A stretch of DNA of 64,000 nt. Source: Eledone cirrhosa. Its lineage: Eukaryota. Numbering within the stretch: the stretch's first letter is position 1; each line of letters opens with the position of its first letter. The stretch lies in contig OZ024753.1 of assembly GCA_964016885.1 (NCBI GenBank), positions 18,848,001 through 18,912,000 of the forward strand. The letters run 5' to 3'. Below the pieces are notes generated by a model. It worked only from the letters and a program-made list of their open reading frames with translations, did not search any database and was not told the origin of the DNA. Positions 1-14,912 of the stretch are shown one piece after another. A program made the translations under genes and the position numbers.

Positions 1-242
1 ATAAATAAATAAATGCCATTGTTAATTAATAAATAAATCAACTAATATCTTAAAACTTCACAAAAAGTAAAATATTTCGTTTTAATCATTTTCTAACCCA
101 GAAAAAAGAGAGAAATAAATAGAAAGGGAAAAAATAAATATTTGTCTTCCTAATAATCGTCTTTTTCTCCCCGTTTTCATATATAAGGCTCTGATACCTT
201 CAACACCATAAACACAGAGCTGGCATATCTTAGAACTGACTA

Positions 243-298
243 ACTACCTGATGAGGTCATAGCCATTCAATGGCTATCATCGAAATATATATAGCAGT
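243..298 (+). ncRNA. Minimal type I hammerhead ribozyme (PLE-associated)
   Basis: actac-CTGATGA-[atagccatt/aatggctat stem II]-GAAA-tatata-TA-gcagt; palindromic stem III; followed by (TA)n; inverted homologue at 35093-35250. Confidence 0.7.
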
Positions 299-338
299 AA
301 ATAAAGTTTATGAGTTCATGCAATTGACTTATATTTCT

Positions 339-770
<432 letters not shown>

Positions 771-1569
771 ACACTGGAAGGTAATATCTGTAGTGGTAAC
801 ACAGCAGTAAGTTCACCATACCGAGAACAATTGTTGTGTTACCACTTCTATATATATATAAATACTCATGTCGGATTTGTTTATCGTAAACTCGTGAGCT
901 GATTTTCCGATACTCGATTATTCTATTATATTTAGCTCTAGACTTAGCTATTGACCATTTAATTTTATTGTTCATTTTTTGTCGATTCTATTGAATGATG
1001 AATAGCTCCTGTTTATTTTAACATGTCTATCGAGCACTCTTATTCGATATGTGGTTTCCCACATTACCGAAAATTTTTCGCGGATATAGAGGTTATCTCC
1101 CTTGCTGGACTCCATGTGCGTCCCAGCTAAAGTTAGCTTCTTTATTCGTTTGGACATGACCCGTTGATAAAGTGTTCCGGACCATCCGCTCTCTAGAAGT
1201 CTTATATATTTTTATGTGGGCTGATAGGGGGCGGATTAAGGAATTGCAGAAACCCAAGAAGCTAGATTTACCATCTTTCTAGTGGGTCCGGGTAAGTTTT
1301 TACATTCATATGAATTATTGATTTATTGATATTTTATTTGAGTGACCCGAATCTTCCTGGTCGTTATTTTTCGGCTGCATGGGTGATTTTAGGCATAATC
1401 TTTGTGTGTTGGTATTTTAACGATGGTTATAGCTCTGATTTATCTGAATTATTGAGCCCTCTGCCACTCATCTCGGTTTTGTTTATCGTAAACTCGTGAG
1501 CTGATTTTCCGATACTCGATTATTCTATTATATATAATAAATTCTATTATATATAATACATTCTATTAT

Positions 1570-2054
1570 ATATAATAAATAAACATAACCTCAATATTAA
1601 GATAGTAGAAAGACCAGGTACCTCCGTAAAAACACTTATTAGCAAGACATGCCCGTTCCAAAGACCCTCATGTATAGATAAGAAATGTATAACCTGTAAA
1701 ATAAGCCCACATATTAACTGTAAAACTAGAAATGTAGTGTATAGCATAAGATGTACTGAAGGACAATGTAGAGACAAAAATATAGTGTACATAGGTGAGA
1801 CAGCTCGTAGTATAGGGGAACGAATAAATGAACACTGGCGAGACCTTCAAGATAATAAAGAATCATCTGTGCTCTACCAACATGCTAAGATAGAGAATAC
1901 GGGTAAATTAGAGAACATAGAAATAAAAATAGAATCCACACACAGAAAAGATGCAATGTTTAGGCAAATTACAGAGGCAGTAAGCATAAAAGAATTACAA
2001 CCAAAATTAAATAGAAAATATGAGTGGAACAGCAACATCACAACTTACAATTAA
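1570..2054 (+). mobile_element. Penelope-like retroelement, GIY-YIG endonuclease C-terminal fragment
   Basis: CKTRNVVYSIRC...IVYIGETARSIGERINEH...EAVSIKELQPKLN: Cys linker, VVY/YIG-ET, R, E and LN motifs. Confidence 0.88.
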
Positions 2055-2265
2055 GGACAAAATGAAAACACACTCATAGAACAAACAACCAACCAACAAC
2101 ATGTAAATAAATAAATAAATAAATAAACAAATAGATAAATGAACACAAACACACACAGACACCCGTTGTGGCGCATGCGCAAACTGAGCACACAACACAC
2201 ACACAGAAACAAAATGGCATAGGACAGAAGAAAGGAAAGACACAGAAACAAAGAAAGGAATCCCC

Positions 2266-2310
2266 AGTCACTGAAGAGGTCACAGAGTGTGTGACGAAAG
2301 GACTATGACT
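2266..2310 (+). ncRNA. Minimal type I hammerhead ribozyme in the PLE 3' region
   Basis: agtca-CTGAAGA-ggtcaca/tgtgac-GAAA-ggac-TA-tgact; perfect 5-bp stem I, ~210 nt after the GIY-YIG stop. Confidence 0.8.
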
Positions 2311-2526
2311 ATATATAAACAACTATCTGGTTGTGGAACCAACCAACCAGAAATTTATAAGTTTGTAGATTTGTAAATTTATAAATTTATAAATATATAA
2401 TAAATTGAAGTGAAAGCATCTGGTGCGTGTGTTTCTTATTGGCAACATGACCCTCCCAAAGTATAACAATATCGGTTTCAACACACAATTTCAGATAAAG
2501 AATCTTGCTAAACAAATACAGAAACG

Positions 2527-2572
2527 ATATATATATATATATATATATACAAATATATATATATACACATAC

Positions 2573-2603
<31 letters not shown>

Positions 2604-2732
2604 TATATATATACACACATACATATATTTACACACACATATATATATACACACATATTTATATATATATATATATACACATATATATATATACACACAT
2701 ATATATATACACATATATATATATACACACAC

Positions 2733-2821
<89 letters not shown>

Positions 2822-2858
2822 TATATATATACACTTATATATATATATATATATATAT
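2527..2858. repeat. Compound (TA)n/(TACA)n microsatellite
   Basis: Direct reading. Confidence 0.95.
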
Positions 2859-2957
2859 CCAGGAGGTGTAACTTGGAGTTACTGCAGGTTCACCCGGGAG
2901 AGCAATCGATGTTTAGGTTCACTTCTGTGATGAGGTGTAGAGCTATACAGATGTAAT

Positions 2958-3273
2958 ATATAGAAAGGATAAAAAGGACGATTGATTTTTCCTTTATTGC
3001 ATTTATTGATAGGGGACGCGCGTTTCGTCACTGATCAGCTCAAGGTTCGATCTATATCGATCCAACCCGACTCAATAATCTGCAGCTCGACGGACCCTCT
3101 TAAAATGGTATGAGAAATGTTTTTCTTATATTATTTTAAGAGGGTCCGTCGAGCTGCGGATTATTGAGTCGGGTTGGATCGATATAGATCGAAACTTGAG
3201 CTGATCAATGGCGAAACGCATGTCACCTATCAATAAATACAATGCAGGAATAATCAATCGTCCTTGTTATCCT

Positions 3274-3282
<9 letters not shown>
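2958..3282. repeat. Fold-back palindrome (~150 bp arms) containing the 3' half of a hammerhead
   Basis: tagaaaggat...ggaccctcttaaaat / attttaagagggtcc...atcctttcta; the arms contain GAAA-cgcgcg-TC and GAAA-cgcatg-TC. Confidence 0.85.
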
Positions 3283-3325
<43 letters not shown>

Positions 3326-3408
3326 AAGAATTGAACGGGAACAAAACAGAGAGGCAGTACGAAAAAAGGTTTATTAGTTTCAGGCTCTTGAGAGTGGGGT
3401 GGAGGTGG

Positions 3409-3447
3409 GGAACGACGTTTCGGGCATAAGCCCTTCTTCAGGTGAAA
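3409..3447 (-). ncRNA. Minimal hammerhead-like motif (second copy at 48401-48436)
   Basis: rc: CTGAAGA-agggc-ttat-gccc-GAAA-cg-TC; stem I weak. Confidence 0.55.
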
Positions 3448-3938
3448 AGTGTGTGGGAAGAGAGTTCCAAGGGTGTGTAGGGGAGTGGTGGAAAGACATA
3501 TAGAAAAAAGGGCGTGAGAGGAAACGGTACAAATGAAATTAAATATAAAGGCATAATAAAAATAAAAATAAAAATACACATGACGTAAAACAGGTGGTGA
3601 GAGGGTGTGGGGCGTGTAGGTGTGGCGGCGGGTGGAGTGGGGAGAGGGAGACGGGGTGTCTGAGCGGGGAGTGCTGAAGGTGGTGTGTGTGTGTAGGTGT
3701 ACGTGCGTGTGTGTATGTGAAAGTAAGAGTTGGGGGAGGAACGGGGTTGCATGTTCAGGAAGAGGTGTGTGTGTGGGGTGGGGTGTAGGTCAGAGTGTGT
3801 GTGCGTGTGTGGATAGAGGGGTGGGGGAGAGAATTGCGGAGGCTGAATGTGTAAATATGTGGTGGTACGTACGTGAGTGTGTGGTGTTTATGCGTGTTGT
3901 GGATGTAGGTGGCGTGTGCGGAAAACATTTTTTTGGGG

Positions 3939-3969
<31 letters not shown>

Positions 3970-4206
3970 CAAACATATATATATATATGTGTGTGTGTAT
4001 GTATTTTCAACCGTGTATTAATCAATGATAAACATTGATTGCAGATAAATTAACTATGGAGATATAAAAAATACAGAGGCGAAAACCAATCCAAACCAAA
4101 CAGGCAGTGTGTTCTATTATTATTTCTGGCAATATTATAACAATATGACCCGCCCCAAATATAACAATATTTGTTCCAACACACGATTTCATATCCTAGT
4201 TTGCAA

Positions 4207-4251
<45 letters not shown>

Positions 4252-4357
4252 ATTTAAATTAAATTAATTTAAGGGTGTCATGTCAGAGAGACATGCGTCA
4301 TATCCACTGTCAATCAATTTCTAGTTTATATATATATATATTATTATTATTATTATT

Positions 4358-5476
4358 ACAGTTGCATTTATCTTGCTTTATGTTCATATGAGTTATCACC
4401 AACTCACAACCAGTGACCTCAAGAGACAACAAGGTCTGCCATATTCAAGAAAGAACATACATACACACACATGCATATTTAGGTGTTTAGACTTTTGATG
4501 TACTTATATGGACAGAATCTTCCTTAGTATATAGGCAGTTCCCATTAGCACTATCTTTTGTATTTCTCCTGTACGCGGATTTCCTTGGATTTGCGATAAG
4601 TAATCAGACCCCTTATGTATCATTCATAGAGCGCCTACAACCACTGGTATTGTTTTAGTTCTCAATTTCCAATTTTTCAAATTTATATCTCCAGATCCTT
4701 ATACTTGCTCAATTTTTCAAATGTTTTGATAGATACATTCTTGTCTATTGGAAAGGACATATCAATTAGCAGGCATCCCCTCTTCTTAAAGTCCTTCAGT
4801 ATTATATCAGGTCTATTTGCATCTATTTTTCGGTATGATTTGATGCTTAATTTATACAAGATTGAGATGTGATATTTTTCAAGTATGAGACGTGGTTGAT
4901 GCTCCCACCAATTCTTTTGTTGGGGCAGGTAAAAATGCTTACACATTATCCACTGTATGTATTGTGCAGCTCTGTCATGACCGTTTAGGTATTCGGTTGG
5001 AGCTATAGGACTGCACATTGAAATTATATGATCAATGGTCTCTGGTTGTTTTTTTACATACACGGCATAATGGGTTGCATCCATTTTTCATTATGTTGGC
5101 TTGGGAATGTTTTGTTGGCAGACACTGATCTTGTGCTGATATAATCAGTCCTTCAGTTTCCGATTTCAGTCCATAGGATGCCAACCACTGATGGGTTAAA
5201 GTTTTGTCAACATCAGTATTGTTAACTCTTTCTGGGTATTTTCCATACAGAGGCGTTTCTTGCCATTTCTTAGTCAGTTTCTGTAGCAGTACTTTCTTTG
5301 CAGTTACTTTTACCTGCTTTGCCTTTTCTGTGTTTTTTATTTTGCCAGTTAATGGAACTTCTGAAATTTGTAGTCCATTACTGATCTTTGTGAATCTTTT
5401 GTAATGGAGTATGATCTTTTGATGCTTTCGTGTTTCAAAACGATCATCCAATCATGTGATTCCCTTAGATATGTAG
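4358..5476 (-). mobile_element. 5'-truncated RLE-type non-LTR retrotransposon (R4/Dong-like)
   Basis: SETEGLIISAQDQ, CRVC...ETIDHIISMC (CCHC), (R/G)HD, RPDIIL...LIDMS...EKLSKYKDL restriction-like endonuclease; frameshifted; flanked by (TAA)n on both sides, the known Dong target. Confidence 0.85.
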
Positions 5477-5515
5477 ATAATAATAATAATAATAATAATA
5501 ATTATTATTATTATT

Positions 5516-8500
5516 GGCGACCTACGTAGTAAATCGTATCATCGTGAGCTCCGCAAAGGTATGTTATTTTCAGTTGTTTAAAATTGCCATTTATGGAAAA
5601 TGTTTATTGTTAACTGTATATAAGTGCACATACATTGATTTCTGAAAAGGACACTCAGAAATATTGGGGCCTTGAGCCCAAAATTTTAACTTTATATAAT
5701 TATCAATCAAAAATCTTTCTTTGAAAAATAATGGATGTCTCAGAGTCAGTCCTTCCTCACAATCTAACACCTCACACCGACACAACCATTGTAAATATTG
5801 CTACGTTTGCCAACATTGGAAATGTAAGCAGTAACAATATTTTAAATTTGTCTCAGGCAGACGTTCATTTCCCGCCATTACCAATGACTGCAGGTGTTAA
5901 AGCCGCCACCACCACCACCACCGCGACAACCACCAGCCCCAACACCACCACAGCGACAACAGAAAGAAAAGAAAAAAATAAATTAACTCGTGATATCGAA
6001 ATGAATTCAACCAAATGAACTCTTCCACACCGAACACCGCTGACGCCACCACCACCACAACTGAAACTAAAATTAACAATAGCAAAAATAACGATAACAA
6101 CAACAGCAACAATGAAATTAAGAAAACTACCCTGAGTTTTGCCAGAGAAGCAAAAACGTGCGAAGCGATCCAGGTAACTTAGGAGGAATTAGAAAAAGCC
6201 AAAGTATTAGTGGGTGACTGGAACGGGATCTTAGATGCACGCTGGGACTGTGTGGGATTAGCGGATAGGAGAGGAGGGTGCAAGAGCCTCACCAACCTGC
6301 TCAGGCGTTTTGAGTTGTCTGACAGGTACCGATTGGATTTCCCGAATGTTCCAATGTGGACTTGGACAAATCGCATAGGGTCACCCAGATCATATCTAGA
6401 TAGAGTATTTCGTAGAGAAATAGATAGGTCTAGCATAGGCTGTCCAAAATTCAAGATAGTCAGCTACACGGACCACAAATTCGTGATCTGTGTGCTTGAC
6501 TTAGGATTCATAGAAGAGGACCTGGCTACTGGAAGCTAAACGCGTCCTTACCAGCGCGCAAGGCCTACAGTGACCGGATTACCGAACTAGTTAAGCGGGC
6601 GTTGACGGGGGCCATCGTCAAAAACAAGTGGTGGTTTGCTCTGAAAAGAGCAATTAGAATAGAGTCCATTAGGCTTAGTTAGGCTTTAGCAATAGAGAAA
6701 AAGAGAGCAGAGGGAGAATTAGTTAGAAAATTAGACGAGGCGCTCAGCAAAAGCATCACGACTGATGTACTTGCGGCGAAATTGGCAATTAACCAATTCT
6801 TCAATGCAAAGCACGAATGATGCGTTGTCAGAGCTAGGGTGCGTGCTCTCAGACACGAGGGGACGAAAGCCGTTCAATGGGCCCGAGTGGCGGAGGCGCG
6901 TCGTTGCAACAAAGCCACGATCTGGTCTTTGGTGGACCACCGCGGGCGCATGCTACTCGATGCCGGGCAAATGTGTGAAACTTTTCAGCGACACTTCGCC
7001 CAGTTGTTCGGGGGCAGTTGCGGGCCGGATCGAGGGATGGACTTTAGTGTCTACCTCGACGGACTGCCGCGGCTCTCGGCCACTGAGGCGGAGTGTTGCG
7101 AAAAGCCGATAACAGCCGCTGACGTACGGGAGGCAATGACTAGCTGCACAAGGGGTAAATCGCCTGGTTTGGATAGTCTGCCCTATAAACTTTACGTACA
7201 GATGCCAGACTTGTTCGGAGGCCTCTTGGCGGACGACTACTGCAACTGGCAACAGAACGGGAGAATTCCCAGCTCTGTGAGCCGAGGAGCTGTGGCACTG
7301 CTGAGAAAGTATCCGAACAAGGGGGATAACATAGATAATTTTAGGCCCATAAATCTGCTAAACACAGAGTTCAAGATTTTGGCCAAGGTGCTAGCAAAGA
7401 AGTTGGCGCTTGTTGTTGGTGGTCTGGTGAGAGAGGCGCAGACATGCACCATTCCCGACAGATTCATCCACGACAACCTCCACCTCATGCGATACATCGT
7501 AGAGAGGGTAGCTAGGGAACCTGGCACGGGTGGGTCCTTGATCAATTTAGATCAGTCGAAAGCTTTCGATAGGGTCGACCATCGTTACCTAGCGGCAGTC
7601 CTGAGGGCGGCTGGCTTTGGGCCCGTCTTCAGAGGCTGGATCGCTGCCATGCACAGCGACATCTGCTCTGTGGTGAGAGAGAACGGTCACCTTTCGGAAC
7701 CGTTCAACATCATGCGCTCGGTCCGCCAAGGATGTACCCTCTCGTCCATCTTGTACGTATTGACTCTCGAGCCATTACTGCACAAACTGGAGATGTTGAG
7801 GGGGGTCCCGAGCGAACTAGGATGCGGAATATCCGTGTCAGCATATGAGGACGATGTCACTGTAGCGGTATCGAACGATCGGCACTACACTAAGAGAATA
7901 CGAATCGGTGACAGGAGCAATGATCAACCAGGAAAAGTCAGTTGGCCTGCAGCTCGGCACCTGGAGAGGCAGGTCCATACCGTCCAACAGCGTCGTCGGG
8001 CGCTGGACGGACGGACCAGTTAAATTGCTCGGGGTCTGGTTCGGTCCGGATCTCCAGACGGACAAAACATGGGACGAGGTGACGAGCAGGGTGGCTTATT
8101 TCACCTAGAAATGGGCCGAGAGGACGCTATCCCTGAAAGGTAGAGCGGAGGTGGCTAACGCGTATATCGCTACCGTCATCTACTACCGCCTGACCGTCGT
8201 ACCTTGTCCTAAGCCCCGCCTGACTGCGCTGGAGCGTTTGCTCTTTCGCTTTTTGTGGAAGGGACGCGCTCCGATGGTCAGGCGGTCTATTTGCTGTCAA
8301 CACCCGCTACGTGGAGGGCTGGGAATGCCGTGGATGATGATGCGCAGACACTCGCTCAGGCTACGATATCTCCACCTCTTCCACGACGGTAATTAGGTGT
8401 GGTCTCCGTATGCTAGACGCGTCTTTCCCCAGCTCGTCTCCTTGACGGAGCTGCAGTCCTGGGTCAAGCGAAGACCGAGAGCGAACGCTTGGAGACTGGA

Positions 8501-9445
8501 ATGTCTTTAGGCGCTGACAGCCCTCGACCAATCGGGCAATGTGATTGGTGGAAACTCCACCTTGGCGTTCTATAGAGGATTAGTGGAGGGGATGGGCGAC
8601 GATGTACTTGGGGAAACTCTAGGCGTCGACGAAAATCAACTAGCCAATCTCTTCGGAAGAACTTTCGGGACGGGGCCTATGAACAACTTCCAGAAATCCC
8701 TGGCCAGGCAGTGCTACCGAGGAGCTTTGCCAGTTCGGGATAAACTCTACAGGCATGGAGGTGCCGTCAACCGGGCATGTCCGAGATGCGCGCATGGCGA
8801 CGAAACCGTCCTGCACACACTCGTCCAGTGTCCGAGCATTGCTGACTTGTGGGTTTATATCGAACAACTTCTGTCGCGTGTAGGACGAATCCAGCTATCA
8901 GCTGAGTCCATCGTGAGGATTGCCCCGCCCTCTTCCTTTAGCCGGGAAGGGTAGGCAGTTTTTATCTGTCTGGTGGCCATGGCGAAAGAGATAGTATGTT
9001 GGACACGTTTGAAAGGGCTGAAGACGAGCACTTACCTCTTCGGTGATGCCCTGATTAACTTTTTCAAATTTTATTTAAAAAGGAAAATCAGGGTAGAAAG
9101 GGAAGTGCTCTCTTCCCAGCTTTTTGTTGAAAGATGGGTGAGAGAAGCAAGAATGGCCCGAGTGAATGGGCCTACTCTGAATATGTGTCTGTAAATCAAA
9201 GTTGGAAAACTGGGAGAGGGCACTTGCCTTGGTGGTCAGGGTCACTGTAGCCTTTTACTGGGCTTTCTCCACAAATGTCCCTCCGAAGTCTCCCCCCTAT
9301 TGGGGAATTTTTCATTGTTATTTTTTGTTACATCCTCTGTTTTTGTTTTTTACACGCTGAAATGCCCATTTGTACCGCCCTGTATTGTCCTGCACTGTCC
9401 TCAATGTCTACTTTATGTAAACCCTTGTGGTTAATAAAGAAATCA
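5516..9445 (+). mobile_element. Tx1/L1-clade LINE, internally deleted and degenerate
   Basis: Thr/Asn-rich ORF1 start joined to the APE C-half (GDWNGILD, SYLDRVF, TDHK); RT (KSPGLD, FRPINLLN, DQSKAFDRVDH, VRQGC, YEDD); CPRC..ETVLH..C zinc finger; AATAAA at ~9433; (ATT)n tail; (AAT)n at the 5' side. Confidence 0.9.
6839..7900 (+). pseudogene. LINE ORF2 reverse transcriptase domain, disrupted
   Basis: ORF 6839-8023 carries RT motifs; YADD is mutated to YEDD; frameshift after it. Confidence 0.9.
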
Positions 9446-10097
9446 TTATGAGTATTAGTATTAGTATTATTATTATTATTATTATTATTATATTACATTC
9501 AAAGCAAAGGATGTCATGAATGTTACAAAACCAAACATATGTCTTATCTCCAAAAACAGCTCAAGATAATAAAATCGAGACTTAATCATTATAAGAAAGT
9601 TAATGAAATGTATTCATACCCACCTAAGAATATCAACACTTAAAGACTAGAGACAATCTGCACTGAACGCAAGATTACTTAATTTGTAAAGTATCTCATA
9701 ACAATTATTAAAAATTAAAACAAAATACCTGATAATGATCAACTATATTTCCCTCATATGTTTTCTCCATAAAATCAGAATATATTTCAGCAAATAACGG
9801 CGAAATTAGATATTTTGAAACGGATCGTCGGTGACGTAATTCCAAAATAAACAATCTCGATCGATACTGGGTTGACAGTGACTAAAATCGCACATGGTAT
9901 CAATATATGAATTCAGCACCCGCAACGACACGAATGTGTTCTCGTCCACTATATATATATATATATATATAACATATAAAAGTTTACATATATATATATA
10001 TATATATACATACACATACATATACGTGTTTTGCAACGGGTCACTTTGTGGCTCAATGAGAAATTAATAAATTAAACAATCATAGCTATATATCATA

Positions 10098-10252
10098 AAA
10101 CATGTCTATAGAATAACAAGATAAAATATATACTAATACCTCTCCCATATAAAAGTTTACATATATATATACATACACATACATATACGTGTTTTGCAAC
10201 TGGGAGAGGAAATAGTATATATTTTATCTTGTGATTATATAGACATGTTTTA
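10098..10252. repeat. Short fold-back (~50 bp arms) ending at (TA)n
   Basis: aaacatgtctata...cctctccca / tgggagagg...tagacatgttt. Confidence 0.75.
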
Positions 10253-10291
<39 letters not shown>

Positions 10292-10880
10292 TTAAAACAA
10301 TGAAATAAAAATTCAAGTCATTAAAGATATACTCACTGCTTTACGATCGTTTCTAGATGATGATAATACATTGTAGCTATACTCCGTTATTGATCTATGT
10401 AAGGTTAGTTACAAAATATCAGATACAGAGAATATATACTTACATGCAAAAGCAATAATAATGTTATTCAGAATTAGTAGTATGTTAGTATCGTGTCCTT
10501 ATTTGGGGATTGTTGAAGAACTAATGAATCAAATTGTTTTTTTCTTAAGGATTACATCGAGTTCTTCATGCAGAATAGACCCCACAACTTACTGTGGATA
10601 CCTCTGTATATATATATATATATATCATTAGTTAAGCAAAACAAGGCCACACATTTCCAATTCACCAATCTCTCGCCTCCTATCTCCATCTCTCTCTTTA
10701 AAATTGGTTACTCTTGAACTGTGTATATATATATATATGAACAAAATTTAAACAATGTTCATTGATTAATCAATGAATATAGTTTTACAATAGATTAGAA
10801 GCACTCAACAAGTACATTTATCTGGAGTTAATATTAATTCAAAATATTAATAAATATAGACATTCAACGTAATCAAAATA

Positions 10881-10946
10881 TATTTTATTATATATTTTTC
10901 GGAGGTACTGTGCTCTTTTTTCTGTACGTCCTCATCAGATAAAATA
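10881..10946 (-). ncRNA. Type I hammerhead ribozyme
   Basis: rc: tattttat-CTGATGA-ggacgtac...gtacctcc-GAAA-aatata-TA-ataaaata. Confidence 0.8.
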
Positions 10947-11007
10947 TATGAATTGATGTGTGACATACCTCAACCAACTGTGCTGATGGTTCAATTCCAG
11001 TCTTGGC

Positions 11008-11097
<90 letters not shown>

Positions 11098-12069
11098 TGT
11101 GTGTGTGTGTGTGTGTGTGTGCGTCTGTGTATGCGTGTGTGGTGTGTGGTGTGTGACGTGGGGTGTATGTGTGTGTGTGTGTGATTCATATTAGGCATAT
11201 GAACTACAAAATACCGCTCTTCATTGTCTTATATAAGTATAATTATCGCTGAACTAAACATAGTTGTGTATGTCAGTATTAACCTTTCCGTCTGAAAACT
11301 ACCTTACTATCCCTGCCTTAATATGTCATTCGCCTCTTGGTCCCGACCGACAGGGTGGAGAATATATTGTCCCGGAGTCCGACGAGTGAGAGATGCGATG
11401 AAATAACCACCCCGACTTAGGGGTTTCGCAATTGCTGTCAACCAACACTGCTCCTCTAGCTGTCAGTATACACCATGTTCGCCATCACATTCGCCATTAT
11501 CACTATCGTCACTTTAATGATTTTTACATTGCAGAATTAATTCAAATTCTGTCTGTTAACATATTCCAAATGTAATCTTGGTTGTTGATGCATTCGTTAG
11601 CCATTAGTAAATTGGTATTTTATTAATGTGAATTTAGAAGCCTTTAAAAAGTAAAATATCTACATTTAAAAATCAATCTTTCAAAACCTAATCTTGTAAA
11701 TGTTCCAACGTTACGAGCTGTTTGAATACGCCCACGTTATTTTTCAAGAGTGACTGTTTAAACTAATGTTATATAATTGACATCTGATAAACAGGACATA
11801 AATGACATTATTAGAGATAGAATATAAATTATTTATAAACGTATGAACTATTTTGACATTATGATCATTTTTCATGTCAGGATTTAGAAGAAAACAATTA
11901 TTTGAGAAACCATATATAGAGAAGGGCTTATGAACTAATATTAAACCTCAATTTACTAGCTAAAGGATCATCTGTTTATATGTCATCAGAATTACACTTT
12001 GTTTGTACGATGAATATATTTTATTTCACTCTGTATGTCTCTTTTTATATCACTTTCTGCCCAATCGTG

Positions 12070-12970
12070 CGCATATATGCACACATAGCGAAATACAAAC
12101 AGACACTCAAACAGGCATAAATATATACGCAAACACACATATACAAGCATACATTCATACCTACAAACACACATATACATGCATACATATATACACACAT
12201 ACATTCATACATACATGCGTCTACAGATACATACATACATACATATATGCATATACACGTATATACATACAAACACACATGCATACATACATACATACAG
12301 ACCTTCATATTTATGCCTGTGATTATTGGGGCTGTGGGATAAGTTAGTAACTGCTCCAAATACAAATCTTGAGAAGCTGGGCTTTACAGAAATATCCACA
12401 CATACAATGACATACACATATATCTACACATGCATGCAGACATACATATCTACCTAGTTGATGTGTAAATTCCAATGAGATAGTCTTGTGTCTACGTTAG
12501 AAACCGACTCTCTCCCTATTGGCAAACATTTGTGAAATTATAAAACCAGAACATACACATATACATACATGCGTACATATATACATATATACATATATAC
12601 ATATATACATACACGCTTATATAAATATATACATATATACATATATACATACACGCTTATATAAATACATACATGTATACATATATACATACACGCTTAT
12701 ACAAATACATACATACATACATATATACATATATACATACCCGCTTATATAAATACATACATACATACATACATATATACATACCCGCTTATATAAATAC
12801 ATACATACATACCTATGTGCATACATACTTTGTGAAATTATAAAACCAGAAGAACATATACATACATGCATTCACACATACATATATACATATATACATA
12901 CTTATATAAATACATGCTTTCATACATATATACATACTTACTTATATAAATACATGCATACATATATGAA
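12070..12970. repeat. Degenerate (TACA)n/(CATA)n satellite
   Basis: Direct reading; internal duplicated ~30-40 bp units. Confidence 0.85.
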
Positions 12971-13084
12971 TACAAAATGAATTACGCGTTGCTTGATAAA
13001 CTATTATCTATTTTATAGTAGAGGAATAAAGTGTGAAATTTTGAAATTATAACATCGTATCACTAGAGCTAACAGATGTGTGAG

Positions 13085-13164
<80 letters not shown>

Positions 13165-13592
13165 AGAGAGAGAGAGAGGAACATTGACGATGGGTATAGT
13201 GTTAAAATACAATGACATGAAGGAAAAATACAGCAGGAATTGTAATTGTAATCGTCAAAACGTCAAATATTGATTTTAATTCGTTCAGATGAGCACGAAA
13301 ATAACACTGAATGAGTTCTCCAAATATGTTTTTCCGTTAATCCAGAGATATGTTTATCACCAAAATGAGCGAAAGTGTCAACAAGGTTCCTCCAATTTGG
13401 GAAGAGAAGAAATTAGAAGTAGTGACAGAATATCCTTTAAATTATAAATTACATATTGAAAACAAAAATATCGAATGTTACCTTTTATGTTATGTCATTA
13501 GATAGAGAAAGTTGAGGAAAATATAGTAATAATCGCTGGAACACCTTCAGACATATTTCAGGTTGACTTCATAGTAATAATGGCTGGTACAG

Positions 13593-13624
<32 letters not shown>

Positions 13625-13725
13625 AGGAAAAAGTATGAGACCGACGGCAGAGCTCAAGCCGTTTCGACGGTTATTTCTGGACGTCGAAACGCTTGAGCAC
13701 TGCCGTCGGTGTCTTACTTTTTCCT
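13625..13725. repeat. GC-rich palindrome next to (TA)n
   Basis: aggaaaaagt..accgacggcagagctcaagc..tttcgacg / cgtcgaaa..gcttgagcactgccgtcggt..actttttcct. Confidence 0.85.
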
Positions 13726-13802
13726 ATTTCCCACTCTACTACCATAAGTATTGAGTACTCTGGTGCGTTATGGTCCATATGGTTCCTTACCACAACTTCT
13801 TC

Positions 13803-13859
<57 letters not shown>

Positions 13860-14329
13860 TATATTCAGCGAGAATCGTATTTCGGCCGGTAGAAAAAGCG
13901 AAACGAAACGCAAAATCGTAGAAATGCTGGCAAGCGCTCCAATAGTTAAAAAACTAGAGCTAAACAATATGTTAAAACGCCATACAAACTGAAAAATGGT
14001 CAAGAAGGCATTAATCACCTAAGCCAAAAAACAAGTCAAGCTAAACAGGTCAAACAAAATAAATGATATAAACAGACATCGACCCAAGTGGAATTGTGTT
14101 AAATCGAAATGCAGGGTTTCTATGACACCTAAATCAATAATACTGTCTGCTTAAAATTATAAACTTTCATCATAAAGATCGAACAAGGAATGTCACGTTA
14201 TAAATGGGTATTTAACCAACTTTGTGAGTGACGCAGAACCTTATAAAGGCACATGTGTAAGTCAAGAGGGGAAAATTCCCCTCATTTTAGTAAATTATAT
14301 ATGTATATATAAATATATATAAATATATA

Positions 14330-14705
14330 TATATAAATATAAGTATGTATACGTACATACATATATGTATACAGACGTACAGTAGTATGTATATACATAC
14401 ATACATGCACACATATATATATTTACGTATGGGTTACTGAACATTTATTATAATGTTCGGTTTATTATTAAACAAACAGCCCGAATTATTAGCCGTACAG
14501 TGTTCGGCAGCCATCGTTGCCATTTTGTTCAACCCTGACAAAGGAACGATGAACTAGTTTCTAGCTTATTAGCTGTCATCAGCACCGTATACATTCCTGC
14601 CAGTCGATTCGATTGAACCTTTGAAAGTATATACTTTCCTTATGCATATTAAAGGCTGAGCAGCCTAATTTGCATATCGAATGAGTTAGTCGGCCGGGCG
14701 TACCG
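14330..14705. repeat. Dispersed unclassified repeat; inverted and partly duplicated copy at 22200-22905
   Basis: Shared segments, e.g. tatgcatattaa.ggctgag.agcc.aattt.catatcga.tgagtta.tcggccggg and its reverse complement. Confidence 0.8.
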
Positions 14706-14820
14706 TATATACATATATATATATGTATATATATATACACACATATATATATATATGTATATATATATACATATATATATATATGTATATATATACATAT
14801 ATATATATACATATATATAT

Positions 14821-14912
<92 letters not shown>

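Noticed and set aside
11325-11430. GC-richer structured segment as a possible ribozyme
   Set aside because: Only scattered pairings; no complete hammerhead or HDV core
13860-14220. Possible PLE N-terminal coding remnant
   Set aside because: Broken frame and no diagnostic motif
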